DNA of 57,924 nucleotides, filler included, from Sphacelaria rigidula (GCA_964200075.2; 6 parts of 6 records of this genome joined end to end with filler, not necessarily neighbours in it), one strand, 5' to 3'. Positions 36,726-50,939 are shown, counted from the first letter of the whole stretch. Numbers and translations are program-made. The notes: generated by a model from the sequence alone, not told the origin.

Positions 36726-38584
36726 TCACATGTATCATCTATACCTGGTAAAGCGATCGTGTTCTCGCTACTGTCTAAGGTATCAAGCGATTTCATGCTG
36801 CCCTCTTCGTTTACTCACCACAGTTCCTCCACGTGATACCACGTACGTTTGCCTGCACACGTGATACCACGTACGTTGTGTACCGACCTCACACCCCACT
36901 GAAAACAGCACCCCCGGTTGACATACTTTCCTTACCGTCGGCGCTATTCCATCCTGTACCTGTACGGGAAGTTATGGTGTACAAAACCAGTACGTTGGAT
37001 ACCACCCCCGCATGCGTCTGAATAATGCTGCCGAGTGATACGTTTTGGGCTATCTTTCACACCCTGGACAAAAGATGACATGGTGGGAAAAATTATACTG
37101 CGTACAGTATCGACGAGTACGTCTATTGCAACAGACGATAGATTCCATACTGTGCGCAGTACACTTTACGACAATGTAGTCCACTGTCCAGGATATGCCA
37201 TCATTGGTACTCCACACCGCTACAGTACGTAATGTACTGTACTGTACGTGGGTATGTTGTACATAACATCGCCTCCCCCCATATACCAAGACGTGAAATG
37301 AAAGGCCAACCGATTGTAGGGTGACGGGTACTCGGAAGTAAACTTTGCTTTTGCAATGAAAACATTCTGCACGAGCGAAGAGGCGTCGCGTCCATCCGGT
37401 GTATTTTGTTTTCATTTGATATTGCATGTATCTATTTGTGATGAATCACCTCACGGTGAAGAGCTGTTCAGTCCGGGAGTTTGATTGCGATCGTAGCCTC
37501 CTTGATGTATTGGTGAGTGGCGCGCCTTGAGTAGTACACCCTTGACTTATGTGTCCTTGGGATGACCGAGCGCGCGCGGGAGAGGGGGAGGGGGACTGCA
37601 GTCAGCCAGCAGGTGTGTTCCGCTAGCTGGTGTACACGTTGCTGGGATCGCACACCTACCATACCCTTCCTACCTTTTTTAGGGATCCTCTGAACTTTGC
37701 CTCAAACCATTTGTACTGCATGACGTTTTATTCATGAGTGTGTTTTTTTTTCACGTCTTGGTCTACTATGTCGTTCTGTCCGACTTATTTCTGCTTCTTT
37801 TTTTTACCTCAGCGAGTGTTTCAGCTTTGTTTTGTCTTGGGTACGTCTATCATGTGACCACCACGACAATCAATCAATCAATCAATCAATCAATAATCAA
37901 CCAATCAAATGATCAGCCATGCTGCTTCGTAATACTTTTGGCGATATTTTTTCAAATGGTGGTGCAGTGAAAAGAGAGTGCCCTGTACTCTTCCAAATGG
38001 AGTACACCGCTGCTGGTATTCACGAATGGATCAGCTCTCTTCCGTCGTCACAGCGTGTGTTGATATTCTTTCCGCTGTCTCCGAATCCAAAGTTGAATAT
38101 CTAAAACGCTGCGTTCAAAACCTTCCAAGCTTAAGATCACGTATTTTTCACACAGGCTGAGAGTACTTGTCATTCTACAGGAGCTATTTCACCTGTGTGT
38201 GAATTCGGTGCGAAAAATCTGCGAAATATTCCCCTCCTCGTCTTCTTGCTCTCCGCACGTAACAGCAGGGCAGAATGAGTGCTCTACCGATGACACATTG
38301 ATAGCAATATACTTGACCTGTACAAGGGACATATAATTTCTGTTCCAAGACTCATTAGCATACCATCAATATTTGCGGGATATGTGGCCTGTACAGAATA
38401 GAGCGCTCTGTTCAAGTTGTGTACGATGGCCGGTTTTCGTGGCGTCTCTCTTCTTATTTTTATTTTTGGGAATGTGTCTGGTAAGGAATAGCAGGGACGG
38501 TATTGGAAAGGCGAGCCTACGTCTGTGACCACGGGTTCGCGTGATCGGACTCATGCGCGGAAATAATAATAATAATAATAATAA

Positions 38585-38684
38585 NNNNNNNNNNNNNNNN
38601 NNNNNNNNNNNNNNNNNNNNNNNNNNNNTTAATTAATTAANNNNNNNNNNNNNNNNNNNNNNNNNNNNNNNNNNNNNNNNNNNN
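38585..38684. other. Artificial contig spacer
   Basis: N44-TTAATTAATTAA-N44. Confidence 0.99.
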
Positions 38685-38842
38685 AACTCACGTCACACAA
38701 ACCCAGTCGACTACCTTGTTTACTCACGTTCTCACGCTTTCCACGGTGGAAATTAGGAAAGAACCCAACGCATCGGAAATCGAACCCCCGTTCTCTCCAC
38801 CCCTATGGTGATAGTCGGACCACTACACCACCGAGGCGCGGC
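38685..38842 (-). mobile_element. tRNA-derived SINE, 5' part
   Basis: Reverse complement reads gccgcgcctcggTGGTGTAGTGGtccgac...gggGGTTCGATTTCcgatgcgttggg. Confidence 0.75.
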
Positions 38843-39173
38843 ACCATTACAGTCGGTTTTGGTCAAAAAGGCAGTTTCAATAGGAATTTTGAACGGCTCC
38901 CATTAGAGTCGGTCTTAGACCGACTCTAGTAGAGCAAGGCATTCCAAGGCGTCAACATCCGCCTAGCCCTCGTTTCGGGCGTAAATCGACGGAGAAGGGC
39001 CCAAAAGGCACTTTTCGACAGAAATTTTGAACGGCTCCCATTACAGTTGGCCTAAGATCGACTCGAAAGGGAGACGTTCAAAATTGGCCCTTCTCCGTCG
39101 TTTTTCGCCTGAAAGAGGGCCAGGCGGATATTGATGCCCTGAAATGATTTGCTCTTCTCATTGAGGCCGTTCC

Positions 39174-39367
39174 AGGGCAACTTTTGCATTTCCCGCTGGC
39201 CGCACTTTCATTTTCGGCCAAATATGGATTTTAAACAAAAAACGGTCGAGCGATCAACAAATAGGGGGAATTTTTTATCATCTGACCGTTTTATACTGAA
39301 AATTCGTGTTCGGCCTGGTTTGGCCAAAAACAAAAGTGCGGCCAGCGGGAAATGCAAAAGTAGCCCT
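39174..39367. mobile_element. MITE with long TIRs nested in a larger foldback array (~38865-39510)
   Basis: AGGGCAACTTTTGCATTTCCCGCTGGCCGCACTTT ... AAAGTGCGGCCAGCGGGAAATGCAAAAGTAGCCCT. Confidence 0.8.
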
Positions 39368-41822
39368 ATAATAGAGCGGTCTCAACGAGTAGAGCAAGTC
39401 ATTCCAAGGCGTCAACATCCACCTAGCCCTCTTTTGGGGCGTAAATCAACGGAGAAGGGCCCAACAGGCAGTTTTCGACAGGGATTTTGAACGGCTACCA
39501 GTAGAGTTGGCCTCAGAAACGCCCTTTGGCCAACTTTCATGAGAGCTTTGACAATTTTATTTTGCAATAATTTTGAACGATTATTTTTCCTTTGCCGTAG
39601 TTGTGTATTTTGTGCCCGTTCACCATGATGACAAAGAAAAAAAACTCCTCTGAAATTGTTGCAAACTAAAAATTTCAAACGCTCCCATCAGAGTTTGCCG
39701 TAGCACTTTATTTTTCGATTGAAAAAGTGCGGTCGATTTTGTTTCGCCGATCTGATGCGTGCACCGCATTTATGTTCCCAGAAGGCTTCAACTCAAAATT
39801 GTAATCAGGGGCGCGCGGAAAAGAATGCAACGAGGTTGAAAACAATCGTGTTCGATCGAAAACATGCGGTCAAAAGGCACGAAGCGGCACTTGACTCCTA
39901 TCTTACAGACCACCACGCCAGATAACACCTGTTCACAGGACCATGCAAAGTCCATCCAACTCATTCTCAGCTACCACCGCAATCCTGCAGCATAGCGCAC
40001 GAGTTGAGCCTAGGGATAGATACACTGCAGTAAAGAAGTTGGGTGCGATTTGTTTTTTTTGTCGGCGAAAACTTGACGTTGTATCTTCTCTCATGGTGGG
40101 GATCAGCGCGGAACTGCGTGGTACGGTGAGCAACCGAGTTGCGTGCACGCTTATGGACAGTGCAGGCAGCACAAAGCTGCACGTTGCTGAAGTCCTCTTC
40201 ACGTCGCATTGTAAGAAGAGAGAACTGATAGTCCTGGGCTGTATGCACTGCACGTTGCCCGCTTCTCTTCTATATCCTCCTGAACGAAACACGCACACAC
40301 GCACCCACGACACTACTTGCAAGCAATGCAGACAGTACAGACGGAGACAATAAAATCCGGCTCCAAAGTTCACCGAACCGCGGCAAATCGGCTGCTAAAT
40401 TCACCGAACCCCGAACGCCGGGAAATCGAGTTTTAGGAACACAGAAAGGACTGGAAACAGGCAACAACAAACACAGCGCCTATGGTTGTTGTTGATTGAA
40501 ATCATATTGATATGACGCACGCGTATGTCGCGCTTACACGGTTCAGACCCCTATGGTATAAGGAAATATAACTATACTCGCGTTACCATATGTGTCTAAG
40601 ATTACGTATAAGGAAATATAACTATACATCAAAGGCTGCGATTACCAAATAATAGACAACCCAGAAAGAGACGAAGAAAAAACAAAAAAACTGCGACACC
40701 AACATTCATCGAACTCCAAGAAATCGTTTTGCAGTCTGGTGTCATCTGTGTTCATCCCGTGTGTGCATGTATACGTGAAATTTCCGTTTTTCAGAATCAA
40801 AGTGGCAAATCCACCATTAGGGCTCCGCGTATCGCCTATTACGCGCACACTTTCAGGCACTGATTGCTTGGGTCGAAGGTCGAATCTCGCCCTCGTCGAA
40901 CGTGAACGATGATGGAAAAACATTGCACGATCTCATCACGCTTTCGAAAATGGAAAATGTCGCAGGGTGAAGTAGAGCTGAAGGGTTTTGTGAAGTGTAC
41001 TTTTTAAGACTAGGTCTAATCGACCCGCTTGCACGGGAGCATTCACACGTAATCTTAGTTAGACACATATCTTTGGGTTGCGTCGTCCATCACGCACATC
41101 GCTGATAGTGCTCCTGGTGGCTTATGGAGCGTATGTTCGGGACCCCCGTCCGAATTGTAACGACCGTAAACATTGAGCAACATCTACGGAGTTGACGTAG
41201 ACATTCAAACCTACTTGATGAGTCGAACGGTACTACAGTACCACGATCGAACGCTGCAGGCATCAAGTACAAGAATCATATGTCAAAACCACAGCTCCGC
41301 TGGCGTAGGCCGGTGCTGCACGAGTGTTCTTGAGTTCGTACTCTCGGCGCCTTCTCCGGGTTGCCCCTCGCCAACGCTGCCAAAGTGACCAGGGTGGGCG
41401 TGGACGTTCTGATATCTTTCCACAACTATGGGAAAGATCTTTGTTCGACTATGGGAAAGAAGAAGTGATCGAGCCGAGAATCGAACTCGCACTTCTTTTG
41501 TTCGTCAGAACGAACTCCATCACTGAGGCACTCACTCAGCGCCGAGTGAGTGGCTCAGTGATGGAGTTCGTTCCGACGAACAAGACACACAATGGAAGGC
41601 ACGCTATGTCACACGCATTGATCCTCAACCCTCCACCCATTCACCTCCCGGTCCATTTTCCTCCTTTTGACGGTAGATGTGGAGGATCCCCAAGACTCAC
41701 TCGCGGGATGCAACGTCTGGATGCCTGCTTGGACGTTGGCAAGGGTAGTCCGAGTGTTGCATACGACACCAATATCGATCTCGAGGTAACAGCGCCACGA
41801 GTCCCAGGTTGCTGCATGGTTC

Positions 41823-42401
41823 CAAGGTTGTGTTTTGTAGGGTACGGCTCTCTGTATACCCGGGGTATTTTCCCGGGTATTTACCGTCCCGGACAGTTCT
41901 GTGACTTCTGTAAGGCGTTCAAACCGGTACCCGACAATTGGGTAATCTCTCTAAGACTTGCATACCCTTATCCGGTAGTTCTGTGAGTCCTGTAAGCCTC
42001 CCATACCGTCACTGGGGGGCACAGGTACGCTCTTGATAACATACCCGATTGCGGGTATGGTTTTCTGTGCAACCTTCATACCCTACCGGACAGTTTCTGT
42101 GAGTTCTGTAAGACCCCCATACCCTTATCCGTCAGTTCTGTGAGTTCTGTACATGATGTTTTCCCGTATCCAGAGCGCGGGTATGCTATTGAAGAAGAAC
42201 CTCATTGTCAGTACGGTTTTTCTGTAAGCCTCCCATGCCACACCCGACAAGTTCTGCAATTTCTCTAAGACTTGATCCAGTACAGGTACCCGACAGTTCT
42301 GTGAGCTCTGTAAGCCTCCCATACCCCTACCCGGGGTAAGGGTATACCGTTGTAGATATACCCGATTGCAGGTACAACAGAGCTATACACTATACACCTT
42401 G
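41823..42401. mobile_element. hAT-like non-autonomous element, copy 1
   Basis: Starts CAAGGTTGTGTTTTGTAGGGTACGG; repeated cccgacagttctgtgagttctgtaag subunits; right end degenerate. Confidence 0.75.
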
Positions 42402-43035
42402 GGGAGGTATGGATATAGGCTCAATCCAAACACAACCGCATGACCTGGAGATGTATCTCCCATCGAGGAACCCACCCTGCTCCTTCATTCAACATTGCAC
42501 ACCAACAAAAAATCAATGTTGGAACGTTTTTAAGTTTGGAATCTAACGGGATACGAGGTACTGCTCAGTGAAAACACGAAACATGAGCAGCACTGCAGAC
42601 CGTCTGAATGAATCACCCACAGACTCGCGTGGTTGCTCGAGCAGGGGCGGTTCATCGGCACCGCCAAGGGATCAAGTAGCAAGGCGCACGCCATCGACGT
42701 TGATGGTGGTTGTGTCGTGGTCATCGAACCCCGGGCAGTTATCGACATGCACAGCAGAGAATATTTGCTGCTGCTGGAAGTCGTCAAGGCTGTCGACGAT
42801 TTTGTCGTGCCGAAGGGCTTCCAGAGAGCGGGCAGCCGTGAATACCCCTTCATGTACTCCGTGGGGGTGTACGTGAAGCCGATAGATGTTGACGATCCCG
42901 TGCACATGTACTACTGTGAGTGTTCGTGTAGTCTTTTCCCATCAGCCCCGTGAAGCTGTTCAGAGTTTTCGTGAACGTCATCTGTAGTTCGCCACGGCAG
43001 TAACATAGGTCCCACCACAGGGGTGATGATAATAC

Positions 43036-43646
43036 CAAGGTCGTGTTTTGTAGGGTACGGCTTTCTATATACCCGGGGTAGTATTTACTGTACCTTACAG
43101 TTATGTAATTTCTGCGAGACTTTTATATGAGTACCCAACAGTTCTGTGACTTCTGTAAGATGTTCATACCGGTACCCGACAGTTATATAATCTCTCCAAG
43201 ACTTTTATACCCTTACCCGATAGTTCTGTGAGTCCTGTAAGCCTCCTGTACCGTTATCGGGGGGCGTGGGTATGCTCTTGATAAGATACCCGGTTGCGGG
43301 TACGGTTTTCTGAGCAACCTCCATACCCTACCCGACCGTTTCTGTGAGTTCTGTAAGCCCACCACACCCTTATCCGTCAGTTCTGTGAGTTCTGTACACG
43401 ATGTTTTCCCGTATCTAGAGCGCGGGTATGCTCTTGAAGAAGTACCCGATTGTCAGTACGGTTTTTCTGTAAGCCTCCCGTACCGTACCCGACAAGTTCT
43501 GCAATTTCTGTAAGATTTCCAAACCGGTTCCCGGCAGTTTTGAAATTTCTGTGAGATGTTCATACCGGTACTCTACATTTCTTCAAGTTCTGCAAGGAGT
43601 CTCATACCCTAAAGAATATACCCGCACCCTACAGGACACAACCTTG
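43036..43646. mobile_element. hAT-like non-autonomous element, copy 2
   Basis: TIRs CAAGGTCGTGTTTTGTAGGGT / ACCCTACAGGACACAACCTTG. 8-bp flanks GATAATAC / CATAATTC look like a decayed TSD. Third, shorter copy at ~51464-51750. Confidence 0.8.
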
Positions 43647-46600
43647 CATAATTCTGCAAAGCACAATTGCTTAATATAGCAGCGTTTGACTTCTCGGTTC
43701 ATGTTTGCGATTATGGTTGTGATTTCGATTGGAATCAATGGCGCCTACATTTGTGCTTTTCAGAGCTTGGTACGAGTAATTGACTTCGTCGCTCGCAATT
43801 TTAAACTGACGAGACAACGGACATATTGCACCTATACATCGATTCATCTCATGTCCTCCGGACAGGTGGTGAAGCAGCTGTATCACTCGGGCCTGCATTC
43901 CGCCCAACTCGTACCACATCCGTTGTTGAGAGTGAATCTCGACGGACAGACTCCGAATGAGCCAGCCAGATGGGGCGGGGGAGGAGCAGCGACGCCGCGG
44001 ACGGCGGAAACTGCGGCACGCGGAGGTTTCGACGGCAGATTTTTCGCAGGGCCGACACCGAGGACATATCTTGCGGCAGTGACAGATGGACGGGGGAGCG
44101 GGGCTGCGTCAGTGCCGACGACGGTGCCAAGGGTGGATGTTGGCCCCCGCGCGGCGGTTCGGAAGACTCCGCCATCGTATATTGCGGTACTGACAGGCAG
44201 CGGGGAAACAGCGGCGGCAGCGGACCTAGGTCTGCGTGGTGCGGCGCTTCCCCAGCTTTCTAGTCTTGATTGCCACCCCCACTTGCTGTGGTGGCGTGAT
44301 GGCAGTGGGCCTGATCAGAGTATCCACAGCGCAGCTGAACCCGAGATAGGTCAGGGTGAGATGTCGACAGTCCACTTCATCATCTACTCCGAGAGGTTGT
44401 TAAAAAAGCACTTGAAGAAGTGGCTGGTGACTTCGATCGATACTGATCAGTGGATTGTTGTGTCGCTAGCAATGTCCTCCGGGTAGATTACGCCGTAGGG
44501 CTCCGACGTCACTGTCAAATGATTGTGAGCGGTGGCTCCCGGTAAACCCTCGAGGACAGGGTGTACAGCTCCACCGAGAATCTAAGGGATGGGAGTGAGA
44601 GCGCTTGGCTGCACGCCGCGCAGTATATATAGTTGACGTCATCTATGAAGGTAGCACTATTCGTGTTGACCTACCGACTTCTTAGCATATGTGGCCAGAA
44701 TTCCTTTCCTCAAGTTGTGGGATTTCGTGCTAGAGGCCCTGCGTACGCCGAATCTTTTACAGCACCGATACTGACCTAAGAGGACGGCATCCTGAGAGTG
44801 GACATCGACGGGGCGTGAAGCTGCCGGCCGCCATGTTCTTTTACAGGTACGAAAACGCTTCTGCACAAATCACCGCGGATCCAGGGCTTTTCTTCGCCAC
44901 GGGGGGATGGGCCTTGGGATCGTATGTCAACAAGATCCGCCTGTGTATCACCACAGTACACGGACATATGCCTTCCCGGTGCTGCCCAGACTTGGACGCC
45001 TGTCGGAAGCACGTGCGTGAGTCTGACGTGGTATTCGAACACCGGGGAGGGAGCTTTCAGAAGAAGATAGATGACCACGGTGGACTTCAACGGCCGCGGT
45101 TGGATTGTTGGATCACACTAAGACTTATCACAAGCGGGGCATAAAACCGGCGAGCAGAGAGGCAGAGGCGCTCACGCGGGACAACATCGTTATTTATTTA
45201 TCAAGCCACGCGCGTTGATGGGTCCGGGAACGTGCGGACCCTGAGGTGCTCATGTAACCCGGCAGAGGCGCCGCAAAGAGACCACCGCTGCAAAAAATGC
45301 AGTTGTATGGGGAACTACACGCTGAGCTGCGGTTGCCAGGGTCGCTGCTTGCTACCCTGCCGTCCTCTGGGGCAACCGAGGCGAAATCCAGTGGTGATAC
45401 TGACAGTGGAAATGGCGGTGCACGTGAAATATCTATTCTGCAAGGGGCGGATCCGCGGCGAACCGTGGGAGGCGCAGATCCACAGCGGAACCCGGGAGGG
45501 GCGGATCCACGGCGAATCGTGGAAGGTCCAAGGCGAGTGGAGCGACCAACGCGTCGAGGGCAGCCGTCAGTGTGAGGCACGGCGATGAGCCGCGACGGTT
45601 CAGCGGCGGGAGTGTGGTGGGAGAGGGATGGGGTCTAGGAATATCCTCAGATAGTCGCGACGGTGGACATGAAGACAACAACAGCGTCGGATCAAGAAGT
45701 GCAACCGGCATCTGGATTGGAGATTCCAATTCGGAGTGCAGCGGGTCGGAGACAGATGGCCCGGCAACGGAAGCAGAGAATAACTATGATGCTTTCATGT
45801 TTTGATTGCGCCTGGTCGACAAATTGTAAATATTCTTTCGGTTTGTAAAGTGGACTATTGCATTCGCGATATTCAAGATTGTCTTCTCCAGGAGGCGGTC
45901 ACAGAGCTCGCCTTGTGTACACAGCAATGGTGTTCTTTGTATGGTGCAGTGCGTCCTTTGGGGCACAAGTGAGTTGAGGTGGATGTGCTGACGCCCTTGG
46001 GGTGAATCTCTGGTCATGCGTGAGTGCAGGTATTAATGAACACTGGACGAGTTTATATCAATGATGACCGTAGGTCCAACTCTAAACCAAACCACGATCT
46101 CCCAGTTTGTCTTTTGTCAATCCTATATGCGTCTACCATTGCACGGTCATCGGTGCTAGTCTGTGGCTGGAGTGAACGGTGGTCTGACATCGAGAGAACC
46201 GCCGGTAATCGTTGCTGTGACGAGTTGTGATGAACGCTCGGGGGGGGGGGAGTCCGAACGCGTTCTCCAATGCTTCCTCTTCAACAAGCTGAACCACTCA
46301 GCTGAACCACTCTACAGTGCAGCGGATGGTCGATGTGACCACCTTACCTATAAATCGTACCACAGCTCCCTTTCGGTAGTACCGCCCCCTTTTGATGCGG
46401 AGTAGTACCGGTATCGCAGACGGTGGAAGCTATCGGCGCAGTACAGGTGGCGACGTTACTTGAGAAGCTCTAATCTGAGGCGAGGCTCGCTTCTTGTTCT
46501 TATCGCCGAGCCAAATATATTTCTTAGAGCCATTTTCTTACTTTTCGCACACGTGCAATCAATGATGAAGGTCTTGGAGGCCAATTTCTTATTTTTACCG

Positions 46601-48254
46601 GACTCGTAAAAAATGATGGAGTTCTTTAAAACAAATGTCTTTTTTGTCTTTCAAAGGTTAGTTAATATATGAAATGTTGTACATCAAATGTAGTACTGTA
46701 CAAGAGTACGTACTGACTATTGTACCGTATTCGGCGGCGGGGGGGTAGAGAGGGGTGGGGCATCCTTGCGTCAAGGGGCTCATGGGTCTGGCACCAGTCT
46801 CTTATTTCCCAAGGCTGCAGTGTCGATGACAGATTTCTTATTCGCCGAGCCTCTTAAATCTCTCGATTTCTTATCCTTAATTTCGCCTTTGTCTGAGCAA
46901 AATATGTCATTATCGACTTCATAAAATTTGAAAAAAATCTGACGCTCGATTTCTCAAGTGGTGACTCCTGGAGCAGCTCGGAACTCCCGTGTTTTCATCG
47001 TTTTCGCCAGTGTCGCTCACAGTTCACGCTTGTTGCAATCTGAAACCAGTTATCATGCGCTGTATGGTCGTTTTCTCTGCGACAGCTCGGAGGGTGGTCT
47101 GAGGGGGGGGGGGGCTATCGACGCATCTTTTGGGCGACAATGTCCGCGATTTACAAGCACCTGAATGCGGCGCAATTGCAGCCTGATCATTTTGGATACC
47201 ACCGACTAGCGTTTTTACACCACATTCGACATGTTTTAACACCCCGCACCTAGATGGCAACAGTTCGACACACACTACAGGTAACAATGTTTTCATGAGA
47301 TTGAGAATATTCGATACGATTGAGAGTAGGGTTAAGAGCAGGCTTTCAGCGGCCGGTTGTGCCTGCATCATTAATGGATAAAACGCTTACCTCGCACATT
47401 GGTGCAATATCCTGCCGGCAAACCCAACAATGTTTCCGTGAAATCGAGCGTCGAAAGTACGATCAGGAAATTAGTACGTTTTATTCATAACAGGTCTCGC
47501 GGCGCCGGTTCCGACAATGAGACGAAAAGTTTACATCTGTAGTATGTTGGAACATTCTTGCCACCCGTTGCCTGAATGGAATGGCAGAATAATGTTGGAC
47601 AATATTGCGCGCTGGCCCACAGGCGCGCATTTGTGGAAAAATGCACCGTTCAAGACGTCTCCAAAGTAGTGTTAGTCGTGCGGTTCGAGTAAAAGATACG
47701 ATTTAGCCAGGTTGTGCCCGACTTCATTCGTAAATGCAGTTGATGCCACCATTCGTGTGGACCTGGGGCTCGTGGATATCTTGAAATCACGTTTCTGTTC
47801 AAAGATTTCCTGCAGTTTCCGTCGTTATTTTTGAAAGCGCGAGTCATCGCGTGTGATATGACTGCTGATATCCCGCCTTTCTCGTGCCGAGAAAAGTCGC
47901 AAAACGTGGTGGGACCCTGGATTCTGTTCCATCATCTCACCCTCGACAGCGGATCATAACAAATTCTCTTCCACGAGGCCAATGAAGCGCCTCCCGCCTA
48001 CGAGCTGCAGCACATCGATTTTGACAGGGATCCTCGCCAACATGGAAAACAAATACTACCACATCAACAAATTAGCTGCAAAACACCGGGAGCACTTGGA
48101 ACTGACTAACCAAAACAAAAACGCCATGCTGTGCTCATTAGCAATCAACGGAACAACGAACACCGGACGCTGGGTCCCTGCTCCACCTCTACCTCATCCG
48201 TGCTCTCCCCCTTGAGGGACAGTACGTGGCCTACACAAATCGCCGACTCTGTGC

Positions 48255-48354
48255 NNNNNNNNNNNNNNNNNNNNNNNNNNNNNNNNNNNNNNNNNNNNTT
48301 AATTAATTAANNNNNNNNNNNNNNNNNNNNNNNNNNNNNNNNNNNNNNNNNNNN
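48255..48354. other. Artificial contig spacer
   Basis: N44-TTAATTAATTAA-N44. Confidence 0.99.
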
Positions 48355-48954
48355 CCCCCCCCGGACTCCCCCCCCCCCCCCCCCCCCCCCCCCCGGGATC
48401 GCCCCCGGGTTTCCCCCCCCCGGCGGCCCCCCGGGGTTTTGGGGGGGGGGGGGGGGGGGGACAGGACAAACATGTGATATATAAATCAGGGTTAGGACGA
48501 ATCATCACGGGTTCGCTTGTCCAAGGGGTTTCCACGCAACTTTTGCGCCTTTCCACGTGTACCTGGTTTGCAACGCAGAAAACAAAGCCTAGGGATTGAT
48601 TCGTACGATTCGAATCAATTACACTATGATCAACTAGTTTCCAGACGAATCATTGATTTGTCCGACCCTTGGAATGGATAAAACAGCCCACGTGGCGAAC
48701 GAAGCAACATTTTGCACTACTAATATATATGCTAGTGGTGAGGCACGGCTGGCGCACGTGGCAGCAGCGCCGCAGGTAACAACGCCACGGTTCTCGCACG
48801 CTTGGTGGCTTCGAACAACATTGCGAAAAACAAAAAAACGCGAATGATTACAACCATGATTCTCATGTATCAAGTATAAGTAGTGAAATGCTTCCAGCCC
48901 CATGGTTAGCATGACCGTTAGGGGGGCTCCACGGGCGCGCGGCGGGGGGAGGGA

Positions 48955-49915
48955 TGTACTTCTTCGTTGCTTGCCTTAGTCGTGTGACCATTGACCACGC
49001 ATCCCTTCCGAGACGGAGCACCGTTTCTACTCCCACTAGAGACCCCTTGAACATTACGGCTTTCATTACGTTTCTTCACACACATTGCACAAGAACTCGC
49101 TACCTTTCTCATTCACGTCGTGTTGCACATTACACAATAAATTTTCACATATCTTATCCCCGTCGTGTTTCGTCGTCTCTGGCCACCATTTATCTCCTAG
49201 TATTACCATCATTTTCTCTTTACTGTAGATTGCATCAAATGATTCAATTCATGCCACCTTCACTCACGTCGGGCATATTCCTCCCTCTAGCACGTCCCGT
49301 TCCTTCTTGTATAATACACATTCTACCACTACATGACTTTACTCCCTATTCCTTTTCGACGGCTAGTAGATCTCTTCCTTCATTCTGACAGGTTCAGGTC
49401 TCGCACCAGAAATTGCAGTTCTGATTTTTTCGCCGCGTCCGTTGGGCCATGCAGATCTTGCTTTCCTCCCGATACCCTCTTAACCCTCCGTATATCTATC
49501 GGTGTTTTTCCTCGTCTATTTTGCGTCTCAGCGCTCCTTTTCCCTCATTTCTTCCATGTCGCTTACTTTTGCTTTGTACCCCGCGCCTCCACCTGTGGAC
49601 AGTATTTCGTCTTGGTTTCCTCCCATCTCTGTCCATACCTTTTCGACTTTTTCATCCCACCTTACTCCAGCCTTCCCTCTCGTACTTTTCCTACATACAG
49701 CCTGATCAACTATAGCTGGCAGTCTCTTCCTCGGCATATTCTTCAAGCTATCTTGTCATCGCAATTTTCTCATGCCCGCCAGTCTCAAGTGAGTAAATTC
49801 CCAACTCAGCTGTATAAACTGTCGATCTTGAGCATCCATGTATTTCTTAGCTGCTGTAATCTATTCTGATTCCAACTTATTTACCAACTTCACGTTCCTT
49901 CCCCATATCTCTAAA
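48955..49915 (-). mobile_element. 5'-truncated LINE, same family as 19530-20475
   Basis: KNMPRKRLPAIVDQAVCRKSTRGKAGVRWDEKVEKVWTEMGGNQDEILS; shared 3' UTR followed by a C-rich tail. Confidence 0.8.
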
Positions 49916-50939
49916 TATTCCCGTTTATGTACGATCACGTTAATCACTTGTTCGGCTTTCAAATTATTCTTCCCCAAAGAGGACGGTCATTTAGTTTTTC
50001 TTGAGTGCGTTTCTCAAGCAGAGTGATGGGCTTCGCCTTTCCGCAGCATGATCTCTTAGCTTTTGCCGCTAGCGGTGGTTCGGTTGTGCATGTTTGCATG
50101 TGAGCTGTGGTGTTCCGTGTGCGCGTACTGTGGCGTGCCTTATCTGCCGGCTCTGAGATGCGGCGTGGGATGACTGTGCTTTTATTGCAATTAAGGAAAA
50201 AAATGGTGTCTGCAAATCAGAGCGTGTATCAAGACAATATCTATGGGTGCGATAATTGGTCGGGCTCTGTCCGCGAACAGTATGTCACGGGCAGTGAAGA
50301 TGAGATGCGCCAGTGCGGCTCCAAATTTCAAAACAAATAGAGTCTGCAAAGCTCACATATATACATGTCTGGGCGAAACTTCAGTGTTAGATCTTCTCAA
50401 CAGCCATCAAAGATAACTGTGGTGTCTGAAGACCATCAAGACGAGTGACGTTCTCCTTTGGAGCCCCAGCGTCTAGTGTAAAATAATGTTCCGATAATGA
50501 ATCATTTTTATTTGGATCAAGTATAGAAAAACCGGACACGATCGTCTTTATCACAGTATCGCGGCGACACACTACGGTGATGAAATAGGGACTATACATA
50601 TAAAGTCCACCATAGTTGCGCGTTCCCGAACAAACAACAAAATAAAAATATCGTGTGCTGTTATGAAGATGTACTGCACTCTCGAAGAGGAACATACTGT
50701 TTATCCTCATCATGGCAAAATTATGTAGGATCTGCGAAATATTCAAATACAAAAGCAATCGGTATTGCGCAGGGGTACGGGCGTTTCGAAAATGAGAAAA
50801 ATACGAACATGAACACGGGCACTCGTACACGGAACAGAAACTCCCGAAAAACGTGGAAACACTCATGTGGTCACAGGACGGGTCGAGTAAGCCGTTCAGC
50901 CCACACCATTCGAGAAATCAAGGTTGATCTCCGACTCAC

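Noticed and set aside
41281..41791. Solo LTR (TGTCA...TAACA)
   Set aside because: No target-site duplication and no second copy in the window.
41823..43646. CRISPR-like array from recurring cagttctgtgagttctgtaag units
   Set aside because: Units are degenerate and irregularly spaced, intervening sequences are homologous between copies, the arrays are bounded by TIRs, and there are no cas genes.
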